Below, one piece after another: positions 41,656-50,940 of a stretch of 64,000 nt of DNA (position 1 is the stretch's first letter; each line of letters starts with the position of its first letter). Location of the stretch: the NCBI GenBank assembly GCA_963764715.1, contig CAVXTP010000009.1, forward strand, positions 96,001-160,000, given 5' to 3'. The translations under genes and the position numbers were made by a program. This DNA is from an uncultured Acidobacteriota bacterium (GTDB lineage: Bacteria; Acidobacteriota; Thermoanaerobaculia; UBA5066; Gp7-AA6). The notes beneath the pieces are model-generated. The model saw only the letters and a program-made list of their open reading frames with translations, ran no database searches and was not told the origin of the DNA.

Positions 41656-42764
41656 CCTCCCGAAGCGTTCAGGGCCTCGAGGACGGCCGCGAGGTCGCTC
41701 TCGTCGTTGTAGGCGTGGAAGCCGAGGCGCAGCGAGCCTCCCCGCACGGCGGCGATGATCCGGCGCTCCTCGAGGCGCGTCCGGAGGCCTTCCGGATCGG
41801 GGACGAAGATGGCGGCGGTCTGGGAGGGGACCTCGGCGGGCGCGAGGCGGAACCCGCGCTCCGACGCGGCCTCGCGAAACGACCGGGCGAGCGACAGGCA
41901 ACGGGCCTCGATCGCCTCGGCGTCGAACGCGGCGAGCAGCTCGAGCGCGGCGCGGGCGCCGACCCACGGGAACCACGCGAGCGACGCGTCGAGCCGCCGC
42001 GTTCCGGCCGCCGGCGCGAGCGGGCCGCCGTAGAAGTCGGCGAACGGGGCGTCGACGCTCTTCCACCCGGGCGACAGGGGCCGCAGCCCGGCAAGCCGTT
42101 CCGGCCTCACCCAGAGCCAGGTCGTGCCGCGCGGCGCGAGCAGCCACTTGTAGCCGTGGGCCGCGACGTAGTCGGCGCGACAGCCGGCGGCGTCGAAGCG
42201 CAGGGCGCCCAGCGACTGCGTCAGGTTCACGAAGAATCGCGCTCCGACCTCGCGGCAGCGGGCGCCGATCTCCGGCAGCCGGACCCGAAAGCCGCTCGCG
42301 GACTGGACCTCGGTGACGGCCACGAGGGCGGTGCCCGGCGTGATCGCGGCGCAGACGCGCTCGGTCGACACCACGCCGTCCGCGGCCGGCACCTCGACGA
42401 CCTCGAATCCGCGCCCGGCGAGCGCCAGCCACGGGAAGAGGTTGCTCCGGAACTCGCGCTCGCCCACGACGATTCGCCCGCGCGGGAGGCCGGCCGCCAC
42501 GGTCGAGGCGGCTTCGGAGACCGACGCGAGGAGCGCGACCTCCTCGGGGCGTCCCCCGACGAGCCGGGCGAAGAGAGGCCGCGTTTCTTCGGCCCGCCGC
42601 TCCCACGCGATCCAGTCGAAGCGGCCGGAGGCCCACGCGTCCTCGGCTTCGCGGACGGCTTCGAGGACCGGCCCGGCCGCGGGCGCCGCCGTCGGCGTGT
42701 TCAGATAGATCACGCGCTCGAGCGCCGGAAAGAGCGAACGGAGGCTGGAGACGGGAGTCGTCAC
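41652..42764 (-). CDS. Class V PLP-dependent aminotransferase / cysteine desulfurase-like
   Basis: [36 protein letters not shown]. Confidence 0.88.
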   Translation of the reverse strand: MTTPVSSLRSLFPALERVIYLNTPTAAPAAGPVLEAVREAEDAWASGRFDWIAWERRAEETRPLFARLVGGRPEEVALLASVSEAASTVAAGLPRGRIVVGEREFRSNLFPWLALAGRGFEVVEVPAADGVVSTERVCAAITPGTALVAVTEVQSASGFRVRLPEIGARCREVGARFFVNLTQSLGALRFDAAGCRADYVAAHGYKWLLAPRGTTWLWVRPERLAGLRPLSPGWKSVDAPFADFYGGPLAPAAGTRRLDASLAWFPWVGARAALELLAAFDAEAIEARCLSLARSFREAASERGFRLAPAEVPSQTAAIFVPDPEGLRTRLEERRIIAAVRGGSLRLGFHAYNDESDLAAVLEALNASGG

Positions 42765-42765
42765 G

Positions 42766-43491
42766 TCAGGCTCCGCGCCGCCGCAGCGAAACGAGCACCC
42801 GGTTGGCGACGCCCCGCAGGATCGCCACCTCCTTGACCGTCAGGGGGCGCGCCGCGACGAGCCGCCGCCAGTCGCGCAGCGAGCGCTCCCGGTGCCCCGT
42901 GTCGTAGAAGTCGATCGCCTCGAGCGCCCGGTCCCAGTGGCCGATCGCGCCCTCGATCTCGGCGGCCGGGGCCAGATCGTCCGCGGCCTCCCGTGCGACG
43001 GCCGCGGGCGAAAACGCGGTCGTCACGGCGAGGACGACCGCGACGGCGTGGGAGAGGTTCATCGTCGGAAACTCCGGGTCGGTCGGAAGGCGCAGGCAGG
43101 CCGAGGAGCGCGCGAGCTCGTCCTCGGTCAATCCGCTCCGCTCGGGGCCGAAGACGAGCGCGATCGGGCTCCCGGCCGACTCGGAGAGGAACGCGGGAAG
43201 CTCGGCGAGCTCGAGGGTCCGGAGTCTCGCCCGGCCCCGCAGGGAAGAGGTCGTCAGGACGACGGGAAACGGTGCCACCGCGTCCTCCAGGGTCGCGAAA
43301 CGCGCGATCGAAGCGAGCAGGTCGTCCGCGCCGGTCGCGAGCCGGCCGGAATCCTCGTCCGGGCGGACCGCCGGCTCGACGACGGACAGGCTCCGCAAGC
43401 CGAAGTTCTTCGCGACCCTCGCGATCGAGCCGAGGTTGGAGGAGTTGTGGGGCCTCACGAGAACCACGGACCGGGTGGGCGGCGTCGTCAA
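42766..43491 (-). CDS. trmJ: SPOUT tRNA/rRNA methyltransferase (TrmJ/LasT family)
   Basis: VVLVRPHNSSNLGSIARVAKNFG, FGPERSGL, MNLSHAV; TTG start inferred. Confidence 0.85.
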   Translation of the reverse strand: MTTPPTRSVVLVRPHNSSNLGSIARVAKNFGLRSLSVVEPAVRPDEDSGRLATGADDLLASIARFATLEDAVAPFPVVLTTSSLRGRARLRTLELAELPAFLSESAGSPIALVFGPERSGLTEDELARSSACLRLPTDPEFPTMNLSHAVAVVLAVTTAFSPAAVAREAADDLAPAAEIEGAIGHWDRALEAIDFYDTGHRERSLRDWRRLVAARPLTVKEVAILRGVANRVLVSLRRRGA

Positions 43492-43554
43492 GGGAGGACA
43501 GTCTACACAGCCCTCCGGGAAGGATCCGGCCCGCCCCGGCCTTATAATTGGTCG

Positions 43555-44502
43555 GTGAAGCGCTTCCTCGTTCCCGCCCTGCTGCTGGCGGCCGCGGTCC
43601 CGATCGCGGCCCAGGCGCCGGCGCCCACTCCGGAGCCGGACGCGCCCTCCTTTTCCGAGAGCGCGGGGGCCGAGTACGTGATGCTGCCCGTCCTGGTCAC
43701 GGACAAGAACGGGAAGTTCGTGGACGACCTCGGGAAAGACGACTTCGTCGTCCGCGTCGGCGACTCCGCGGTCGCCTTCGACACCTTCGAGCGCGACTCG
43801 AGCGCCCCGGTCTCGTTCGCGTTCCTGGTCGACACCTCCGGGAGCATGGGCATCTCGAACAAGCTCGAGAACGCCAAGAGTGCGATCCGCAGCATCCTCC
43901 GCAACCGGATGCCGGGCGACGATTTCGCCCTCTTCGCATTTTCGGAGGGGAGGGTGCGGCTGGTGACCGACTCCTCCGCAGACCCCGCGCACCTGCTCCG
44001 GGCCCTCTGGGAGCTCGAGGCGTCCGGCCAGACGGCCCTGTTCGACGCGGTGGCGGCGACCCCGGAAATGATGAAGGGTCACAACAACAAGCGGGCGATT
44101 CTCCTGTTCACCGACGGGGTCGACAACGCCAGCGAGCTGACGGCTCCCCAGATGGCCGAGATCCTTCAGCGGGTGTCGGTACCCGTCTACCCGATCGGCA
44201 TGAAGAATGCAGCATTCGACGCCGTGAAGGAGACGCAGCGCCGGGAACTGTCGGTCGAGAACCTGCAGATGCTGGCGGGGTCGAGCGGCGGGAAAATGCA
44301 TCTGGTCGGGGGCAGCGAGGACCTCCGGCCCCTGGCGGCGAGCATCTCCGAAGAAGTCCGGCAGCAGTACCTGCTGGGGTTTGCGCCGTCAGGCCAGGGG
44401 GATGTAAAATACCGGATTGTCTTTGTGTCCGTGGCCAAACCCGGTTCCTGGGTCGTCCGGACGCGTCGGGGTTACCGGGGAACCGCCCCCGGCGGATCGT
44501 AA
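43555..44502 (+). CDS. Exported VWA-domain protein (acidobacterial VWFA type)
   Basis: Signal peptide, VLVTDKNGKFVDDLGKDDF, MIDAS DTSGSM, TALFDAV, TDGVD, QYLLGF..VRTRRGY. Confidence 0.9.
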   Translation: MKRFLVPALLLAAAVPIAAQAPAPTPEPDAPSFSESAGAEYVMLPVLVTDKNGKFVDDLGKDDFVVRVGDSAVAFDTFERDSSAPVSFAFLVDTSGSMGISNKLENAKSAIRSILRNRMPGDDFALFAFSEGRVRLVTDSSADPAHLLRALWELEASGQTALFDAVAATPEMMKGHNNKRAILLFTDGVDNASELTAPQMAEILQRVSVPVYPIGMKNAAFDAVKETQRRELSVENLQMLAGSSGGKMHLVGGSEDLRPLAASISEEVRQQYLLGFAPSGQGDVKYRIVFVSVAKPGSWVVRTRRGYRGTAPGGS

Positions 44503-44522
44503 ACGTTTTACAGGAGGTGCAG

Positions 44523-45152
44523 ATGACGAAGACACGGTGGGTTTCGACCATGCTCACGGGGGGAGCGCTTCTTCTGGGGATTTCGGGCCTCACGGCGTGC
44601 GCGTCCAAGACGTACGTCGGCGAGGAAGTCGCCAAAAGCAGCGCCGCGACCGACAAGCGGATCAACGACGTGGAATCCCAGGTCGAGGCGACGCAGACCA
44701 AGGTCAAGGCGCACGAGGTCAAGCTGACCGAGCTCGACAACGCGACGCGGCAGGCGCTCGAGCGCGCGCAGCAGGCGGGCAAGCTGGCCGAGGGAAAATT
44801 CGTCTACTCGCTGGTTCTGTCGGATGACGCGGCGAAGTTCCCGGTCAACCAGCACGAGCTGTCCACGGAGGCGCAGGATCAGTTGAACGCCTTCGCCGAG
44901 CGGCTCAAGGGCGAGAACAAGAACGTGTATCTCGAGATCCAGGGCCACACGGACGCGACGGGGTCGGATGCGTACAACCTGAAGCTCGGAGAGGCCCGGG
45001 CCGAGGCGGTGCGCCGCTACCTCAACAAGCAGGGCGTGGCTCTGAACCGGATGTCGACGATTTCCTACGGCAAGAGCGAGCCGGTCGAGTCGAACAAGAC
45101 CAAGGAAGGCCGGGCCAAGAACCGGCGCGTGGTCGTCATCGTCCTCGCCTAG
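44523..45152 (+). CDS. OmpA/Pal-family lipoprotein
   Basis: SD AGGAGG, lipobox LTAC, coiled coil, QGHTD, YNLKLGEARA, NRRV. Confidence 0.93.
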   Translation: MTKTRWVSTMLTGGALLLGISGLTACASKTYVGEEVAKSSAATDKRINDVESQVEATQTKVKAHEVKLTELDNATRQALERAQQAGKLAEGKFVYSLVLSDDAAKFPVNQHELSTEAQDQLNAFAERLKGENKNVYLEIQGHTDATGSDAYNLKLGEARAEAVRRYLNKQGVALNRMSTISYGKSEPVESNKTKEGRAKNRRVVVIVLA

Positions 45153-46062
45153 CTCCTCCCTTCCCCGGAGAACCCCGCGGCCCGGCACTGCCGGGCCGCT
45201 TCTTTTTTTGGGAGCGCAGCGCCGCGAGCACCTCCTCGAAATCCTCCGGCAGGGGGGCCTCGGCGGCGACCAGCCGCCCGGTGACGGGATGCGGGAAGCC
45301 GAGGCGCCGCGCGTGGAGCATCTGCCGGCGCGCCGGGCTGCCGTCGCCTTCGCGCGGCCCGTACACGCGGTCGCCGAGGACCGGATGGCCCGCCGCCGAG
45401 AAGTGTACGCGGACCTGGTGGGTGCGCCCCGTCTCGAGATGCACGGACACGAGGCTCGCGTCCGCCAGCCGCTCGAGCGTCCGGAAGTGCGTGACGGCCC
45501 GCCTCCCGGGCTCGCCGGGCCGCGCGACGCTCCGTCGCAGGCCGTCCGTCCGCACGAGGTCGGCGTCGTAGGCGCCGGCCTCCGGCGTCGATCCGGCGAC
45601 GAGCGCCACGTACTCCCGCTCGATCGAGTGCTCGCGGAACCGCTCCTGGAGAAAGTGCAGGGCCGGCCGATTGCGGGCGAAGACCACCGCGCCCGAGGTG
45701 TCCTTGTCGATCCGGTGAACGATGCCCGCATAAGGCCGCCCGCCGTACCGGTGCTGGAGATAGAAGAGGGCGCGGCTCCAGAGCGTGTCCTTCTCGCGGG
45801 CCTCGGTCGGCACCGTCAGGAGGCCTTCCGGCTTGTCGACGATCAGAACGTCGTCGTCCTCGTGAAGGACCGAGAGGCGCGTGCGTACGCGGCGACGCGA
45901 CGGGCGCGAGGCATGCAGCTCGAGGCGCGCCTCCGGGGCGACGTCGGCCCCGGGCTCGTCGAGCGTCGCGCCGTCCACGTCGACCTTTCCCGACCGCACG
46001 GCCTCGCGCGCCGCCCGGCGCGAAAGCCCGAAGGCGCGTGCGGCGGCGAGGTCGAGTCTCAC
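45136..46062 (-). CDS. RluA/RluD-family pseudouridine synthase with S4 domain
   Basis: RLD..SRR S4, VDKPEGL, VHRIDKDTSG, ETGRTHQVRVH, GDRVYG, QMLHA; GTGA coupling. Confidence 0.92.
   Translation of the reverse strand: MRLDLAAARAFGLSRRAAREAVRSGKVDVDGATLDEPGADVAPEARLELHASRPSRRRVRTRLSVLHEDDDVLIVDKPEGLLTVPTEAREKDTLWSRALFYLQHRYGGRPYAGIVHRIDKDTSGAVVFARNRPALHFLQERFREHSIEREYVALVAGSTPEAGAYDADLVRTDGLRRSVARPGEPGRRAVTHFRTLERLADASLVSVHLETGRTHQVRVHFSAAGHPVLGDRVYGPREGDGSPARRQMLHARRLGFPHPVTGRLVAAEAPLPEDFEEVLAALRSQKKKRPGSAGPRGSPGKGGARRGR
45177..45209 (+). terminator. Intrinsic terminator after the OmpA-family gene
   Basis: GCGGCCCGGC/GCCGGGCCGC plus TTCTTTTTTT. Confidence 0.85.
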
Positions 46063-47834
46063 GGCGCGACGGGGACCCGGACCTCGACGAAGAAGCCGGG
46101 GTCGCCGATGCGGGCCTCCTCCCGCGCGCCCGGGCCGTAGATCGCGGCGACGCGGGTCCGGGCCCGCACGGCGGCGTCGAGCCGCACCAGGTAGTCCTCG
46201 CCGAACGCCCGTGCTCCTTCGCCCACGGCGAGCACGTTGGCGTAGAGCAGCGCGTCGGGAGGATGGGCCGCGAGGCCGGCGGCGAAGCGCGCTTCGGCGG
46301 CGGCGTCGAGGTGTCCCGGGAAATACTGCTCGTGAGGAAACGGGTTGCGCCGTCCGAGCACGTAGTTGAAGAACCCCGCCTCCGGAAATCCGGCGAGCGT
46401 GGCGCCGGGGGCGAGCCTCTCCCCGAGGTCCTCCAGCGTCGCGCGGGTCGTCTCGGCGACCGGATCCGGCAGCACGACGGGCCCGGCCGGCGTCGGGACG
46501 CTCGCCCACCGCGGCCCGCGGTTCCGGTCGAGGGCGTCCAGGATCCGGACCAGGGCGAAGAGAATCAGGGCGGCCCCCGCGAGCCGGGGAAGCGCCGGGC
46601 CCAGCCGCGGCGCGGCGCGGTCGGCGGCGGCGAAGATCGCGGCGACGGCGACGACGAGCGGCAGCGGCAGGAAGTACGCGTTGTAGGGGCCGGCGTACCC
46701 GGCAGCGAGAAGGAGGCGTGCTCCGAAGAGAGCGGCGACCAGGAGGACGGCGTCGGGAACGGCGGCGAAGGCGCCGCGGGGCGGCCGCCGGGCGAGACGC
46801 ACGGCCAGCCGTCCGAGGGCGGCCAGGCCGACGCACAGCGGGACGACGCGCACGAGCGGCGGAAAGAGGGCGACGTGAGCGGCGAGCCGTGCCGGCGGCC
46901 GCATCCGCACGGCCGCCGCGAGCGCCAGGGCGCCGAGCGCGACGGAAGCGACCGCGAGGCGCGCCGACGGAGACCGCAGCCGCGACGCCGCGAGCGAAGC
47001 CAGCACGAGCAGGGCGGCCATGAGGAGCAGGACGACCGCCGCGAGGAGCCACTCGGCGGCGCGCAGGCCGACCTGGTCGAGACCCGCATAGGCACGGTAG
47101 ACGTTCCGGAAGGCCTCCGGCGGATCGAGCAGCCGCAGCCACCCGTCGGACACGAGGGTCCGGAAGGGGATCCCGACCGAGGCGGCGAGGTAGCCCGCCC
47201 CGGCGGCGGCGAGCGGCCAGGCGGCCAGGCGCCCCCACCGCCGCGGCGCGGCGTACGACGCGAGCGCGATCACGACGAGGGCCGCGAGGCCAAGCTCGAG
47301 CCTCGAGAGCAGCGCGAGCGCAAGGGCCGTGCCCGCGAGGGCATCGCCGGCGCGCGTGTCCCGCCCCGAGAGCTCGAGCGCCCAGGTCGTCGCCGCGACC
47401 GCGATGGCCGCATCGAAGCTGAACGGGAAGAGCCAGCCGCCCGGGCGGAGGAACATGGCGGCCGCGGCGGCGACCGACACCGCGAGCCCCGCGCGCCACG
47501 GCGGGAGGAACCGGCGGGCGAGCGCCGAGAGACCGGCGACGAAGACGAGCGCGACGGCCGCGGCCAGCACGGTCCGCGCCGGCAGCGAGGCCCCGAAGGC
47601 GCGGTCGAGCGCGGCGCCCGCCCAGGGCGCGAGAGGCCCGTGATGGAACTCGACCTGCGCGTAGAGACGCTCGCCCCGGGACACGCGCCACGGGGCCATG
47701 AGCTCGCGCCCCGAGTCGATGAAGGGCTCGAGCCAGCGGTTCCAGGAGACGAGCGCCAGCAACGCGAAAACCGCGAACGGCAAAGCCGCGGCGAGCCGCT
47801 CCCGCTTCCTGCCTCCCGCCTCCTGCTGCCCGAT
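46059..47834 (-). CDS. Polytopic membrane protein, putative GT-C (ArnT/GT39-like) glycosyltransferase
   Basis: IDSGRELMAPWRVSRGERLY..HGPLAP loop, many TMs; start uncertain (ATC 47834 or TTG 47783). Confidence 0.72.
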   Translation of the reverse strand: MGQQEAGGRKRERLAAALPFAVFALLALVSWNRWLEPFIDSGRELMAPWRVSRGERLYAQVEFHHGPLAPWAGAALDRAFGASLPARTVLAAAVALVFVAGLSALARRFLPPWRAGLAVSVAAAAAMFLRPGGWLFPFSFDAAIAVAATTWALELSGRDTRAGDALAGTALALALLSRLELGLAALVVIALASYAAPRRWGRLAAWPLAAAGAGYLAASVGIPFRTLVSDGWLRLLDPPEAFRNVYRAYAGLDQVGLRAAEWLLAAVVLLLMAALLVLASLAASRLRSPSARLAVASVALGALALAAAVRMRPPARLAAHVALFPPLVRVVPLCVGLAALGRLAVRLARRPPRGAFAAVPDAVLLVAALFGARLLLAAGYAGPYNAYFLPLPLVVAVAAIFAAADRAAPRLGPALPRLAGAALILFALVRILDALDRNRGPRWASVPTPAGPVVLPDPVAETTRATLEDLGERLAPGATLAGFPEAGFFNYVLGRRNPFPHEQYFPGHLDAAAEARFAAGLAAHPPDALLYANVLAVGEGARAFGEDYLVRLDAAVRARTRVAAIYGPGAREEARIGDPGFFVEVRVPVAP

Positions 47835-47864
47835 TCTCTTAGGATACCCCCCGTGCAGGAGAAA

Positions 47865-48791
47865 ATGGCGACGCGCAATCCCGTCGTGCGCGCCCTCGCC
47901 TCGGCCGCGTCGCGCGTCTGGTTTCCCGCGACGCTCTGGACGGCCCGCAACGTCCCGACGTCCCTGACGCGCCGCGGCGGGAAGGCGGTCGCCGCGCTCT
48001 ACTACCGCGCGCGCCCGAAGTACCTGCGGGCCGTGCGCGCCAATCTCGCGATCATCCTGGGTCAGCCGGAGTCCTCCCCGGAGGTGCGGTCGCGGGCGTG
48101 GGCCATGGTGAACTCGCATTTCTGGGCGTGGGTCGACTTCCTGCAGTTCGCGACGCGCCCGCCCGCGGAGGCGGCGCGCCTCGTCGAGGGCGTCGTCGGG
48201 TACAGCCACATCGTCGAAGGACGGCTGGCCGGCAAAGGGGTCCTGCTGCTCACGGCCCACCTCGGCAACTGGGAGGTGGGCGGCCTGATGCTGGCGCAGA
48301 TGAAGCAGCCGATCCACGTCGTGCTCGTGCCGGACATCTTCCCGGGTGTCGAGCGCCAGCGCCGCCGGCTCCACGAGGCTTGCGGTGTCGCGGAGATCCG
48401 GGTCGATCGCAGCTTCGTGCCGACGCTCTCGGTGTTGCGCGCGCTGACGGACAACGGGATCGTGGCGATGCAGGGCGACCGCGACTTCGACAACACGGGC
48501 GTGTCGGTCCCCTTCTTCGGGCGCGAGGCGTTCTTCCCGCGCGGGCCGCTGCGCGTCGCGATGGCCTCCGGCGCGACCGTGTTGCCGGCGTTCATCGTTC
48601 GGATGCCCGACGGCCGCTATCGCGCGATCGTCGAGGAGCCCCTGCCGATCGAAAACGGGCCCGACCGCGACGCCTCGCTCCGGACGAACCTCGGCCGGTA
48701 CGTCGCGATCCTGGAGCGCTACGTCCGGGAGTATCCGGACCAGTGGTATTGCTTTTTTCCGTTCTGGGACGATCCCTCCCGTAAGAAGTAG
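47865..48791 (+). CDS. Lipid A / phosphatidylinositol mannoside acyltransferase family (LpxL/PatA-like)
   Basis: GKGVLLLTAHLGNWE, GDRD, PFFG, YPDQWY; start 47865 or GTG 47853. Confidence 0.9.
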   Translation: MATRNPVVRALASAASRVWFPATLWTARNVPTSLTRRGGKAVAALYYRARPKYLRAVRANLAIILGQPESSPEVRSRAWAMVNSHFWAWVDFLQFATRPPAEAARLVEGVVGYSHIVEGRLAGKGVLLLTAHLGNWEVGGLMLAQMKQPIHVVLVPDIFPGVERQRRRLHEACGVAEIRVDRSFVPTLSVLRALTDNGIVAMQGDRDFDNTGVSVPFFGREAFFPRGPLRVAMASGATVLPAFIVRMPDGRYRAIVEEPLPIENGPDRDASLRTNLGRYVAILERYVREYPDQWYCFFPFWDDPSRKK

Positions 48792-48835
48792 GGGCGGGGC
48801 TTGTCCCCGCCCGGTCGCCTGCAGGCCGCCGCTAC
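48788..48835. repeat. GTAG-type REP doublet
   Basis: GTAGGGGCGGGGCTTGTCCCCGCCC plus degenerate inverted copy ending CTAC. Confidence 0.8.
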
Positions 48836-50016
48836 AGTGGCCGGCGGGCGGAGACGGCGGCGACGAAGAAGGCGTCGTACTGCTTGGCCAGTTCTTCCAC
48901 GTCGGGCAGGACCTCCGGCTTCTCGAAGCCCGCGGCCGCGAGCGCCCGGCGCCAGTTCTCGGGCGTCAGGAAGCCGTGGTTGGGCCGCGTCCGGGGGTCC
49001 GTCGCGACGCCGGTGAAGTTCTCGAGAAAGTTGAAGACGAACTCGACGTAGATCGGCTGGCCCGCGAACGGCCGAACGCACTCCGAGAAGACCGCGACGC
49101 CGCCGGGCTTGAGCGTCTCGCGCACGCGCGCGAGCGTCGCCGCGAGATCGCGGGCGATGTGGATGGTGTTGACGGCGTAGACGACGTCGGCGATCCCGGG
49201 AGCGACGCCCTGCCCGGCGAAGTCCCGGTCCATGTCGAGGCGGACGAACTCCGCCGGAAGATCCGGATAGCGGCCCCGGATCGTGCGCTCGGCGCGGCGC
49301 AGGAAGGTCGGCACGATCTCGGTGAACACGTATCGCCCGATCCGCGGCAGGCGCGCGTCCCGCGCGAGGCGCTCGGCCACGGCGAGGGCCGCCGACCCCG
49401 AGCCGCCGCCGATCTCGACGACGGTCGCCGGATGGGCCGACGGCAGGGCCCGGGCGACCGCCTCGGCCCCCAGGCGGTTGTTGATCGCGTAGAGGAGGTT
49501 CTCGTTGGAGAAGTAGTCGAACCAGAGCGGGAGCCGGTTCGGCGCGAACAGGATGTCCTCGCCCGTCTTCTCGCCGCGGAGAAACTCCGGCACGTGCTCG
49601 ACCATGGCGCGGACGACCGCGAAGGGCGGCATCGAGCGCGGATCGACGGCGCGCGCCGCCGCCTCGGCCCGGTCGGGGTCTCCCGGAGGAAGGGGGCCCC
49701 GCGCCCGGTAGCTCTTTCCGCGCGCGTCGCCGGAGGCGTCGAGGTATCCGGCGTCGGCGAGCTTGTCGAAGAACCAGCGCAGCGGAACCTCCGCGCGGGG
49801 CGCGTATCCGCGGCTCGCGACGACCTCCTCGGCCGCGACCCCGCGCGCGAGGTCCTCCTCGAGCGCCAGCGTATGCACGAGGCGCAGCACGGAGTCGATC
49901 GTGAACCGATCGAAGTGCTCGGCGCAGAGGATGAACTCGCGCGAGAAGAGGGAGCGGACCGCCGGGTCGGGAATCCGCGCGAGCAGGGTCTCGATCTCTT
50001 CTTCACGCGTCGTCAC
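48832..50016 (-). CDS. Standalone SAM methyltransferase resembling PKS C-methyltransferase domains
   Basis: FLRGEKTGEDILF, VEIGGGSG, YVFTEI, RLDMDRDFAGQG, DVVYAVNTIH, LKPGGVAVFSE. Confidence 0.85.
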   Translation of the reverse strand: MTTREEEIETLLARIPDPAVRSLFSREFILCAEHFDRFTIDSVLRLVHTLALEEDLARGVAAEEVVASRGYAPRAEVPLRWFFDKLADAGYLDASGDARGKSYRARGPLPPGDPDRAEAAARAVDPRSMPPFAVVRAMVEHVPEFLRGEKTGEDILFAPNRLPLWFDYFSNENLLYAINNRLGAEAVARALPSAHPATVVEIGGGSGSAALAVAERLARDARLPRIGRYVFTEIVPTFLRRAERTIRGRYPDLPAEFVRLDMDRDFAGQGVAPGIADVVYAVNTIHIARDLAATLARVRETLKPGGVAVFSECVRPFAGQPIYVEFVFNFLENFTGVATDPRTRPNHGFLTPENWRRALAAAGFEKPEVLPDVEELAKQYDAFFVAAVSARRPL

Positions 50017-50118
50017 GGAGCGAATCTTACGACTCGAAGGACGGTTGTTTCCGTCGATCGATTGACACGGCCGCGCCGGCCGGCCTAGGCTCAATCCATC
50101 CGAGGCCCAAACGTGCAG

Positions 50119-50940
50119 ATGCGCCGCTGGCAGTGGCTCTCCGCGTCCCTCCTCGCCCTCGTGCTCGTGGGCGCCGCGGCGGAGCTCCTCGTTCCAGGGC
50201 TGATTCGCGATGCCCATCGCGGAGTCAGCCTCCCCGCGCTCAACCGCATCTTTGCAGGCCGGCACGTGCATCCCGCGGAGCACTACCTGGCGGTCTGGCA
50301 GGCGATGGTGCGTCGTGCGGCCGTCGTCCTGGCGGGCCTCTGGGTGCTCGCGGCCGTGCTGTCCCGGCCCGCGGTGACGTCCCGCCTGGCCGCCCTTCTT
50401 TCTTCCGTCCCGGCAGGACCGGGCGCTCTCGAGCCGCGCCCTCCGCCGCGCGGACGACGCCGGCTGGTGGCGGCCATGGCGTTCGCGATCAGCGCGGGAT
50501 CGCTGACCGAAGTCGCCATGGATCCGCCCTATCGCCGCGAGCACTGGCCGTTTTCGCAGTACCAGATGTACTCGGACCTTCCGAAGACGACCGTCGTGAT
50601 GCGGCGCCTGTACGGCGTGGTGTCCGGATCGGGCCGCGAAATCCCGCTCTCGAGCAAGCCGTACATCGCTCCGTTCGATCACTCACGCCTCTGGTTCTCG
50701 TGGGATCGACTCGACCGGAGCTCCGAGAGGGAACGCCTGCTTCCGATCGCTCTGCGCGATTGTCTGGACCGCTACGAGTCGCGCCGCGTCGCCGGGCAGC
50801 ACGACGGTCCAAGTCTCGAGGCGGGGCGCCTCTACCTTGTTCACTGGACGCTGGACGGTCGGGCGTCGCCATCCGACACCCCGAAACGCGAGCTCATCTG
50901 GGAGGTACGCACATCGACCCCACCGACTCCCTTGCGCTGA
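50119..50940 (+). CDS. Membrane protein with WPFSxYxMYS motif (HTTM partner, SdpA/DUF5819-like)
   Basis: TM segments, then EHWPFSQYQMYS and a soluble domain. Confidence 0.6.
   Translation: MRRWQWLSASLLALVLVGAAAELLVPGLIRDAHRGVSLPALNRIFAGRHVHPAEHYLAVWQAMVRRAAVVLAGLWVLAAVLSRPAVTSRLAALLSSVPAGPGALEPRPPPRGRRRLVAAMAFAISAGSLTEVAMDPPYRREHWPFSQYQMYSDLPKTTVVMRRLYGVVSGSGREIPLSSKPYIAPFDHSRLWFSWDRLDRSSERERLLPIALRDCLDRYESRRVAGQHDGPSLEAGRLYLVHWTLDGRASPSDTPKRELIWEVRTSTPPTPLR

Noticed and set aside
45136-45210. Convergent overlap of the RluA-family gene 3' end with ompA and its terminator
   Set aside because: A short low-complexity tail reading through a terminator is common; no evidence of function
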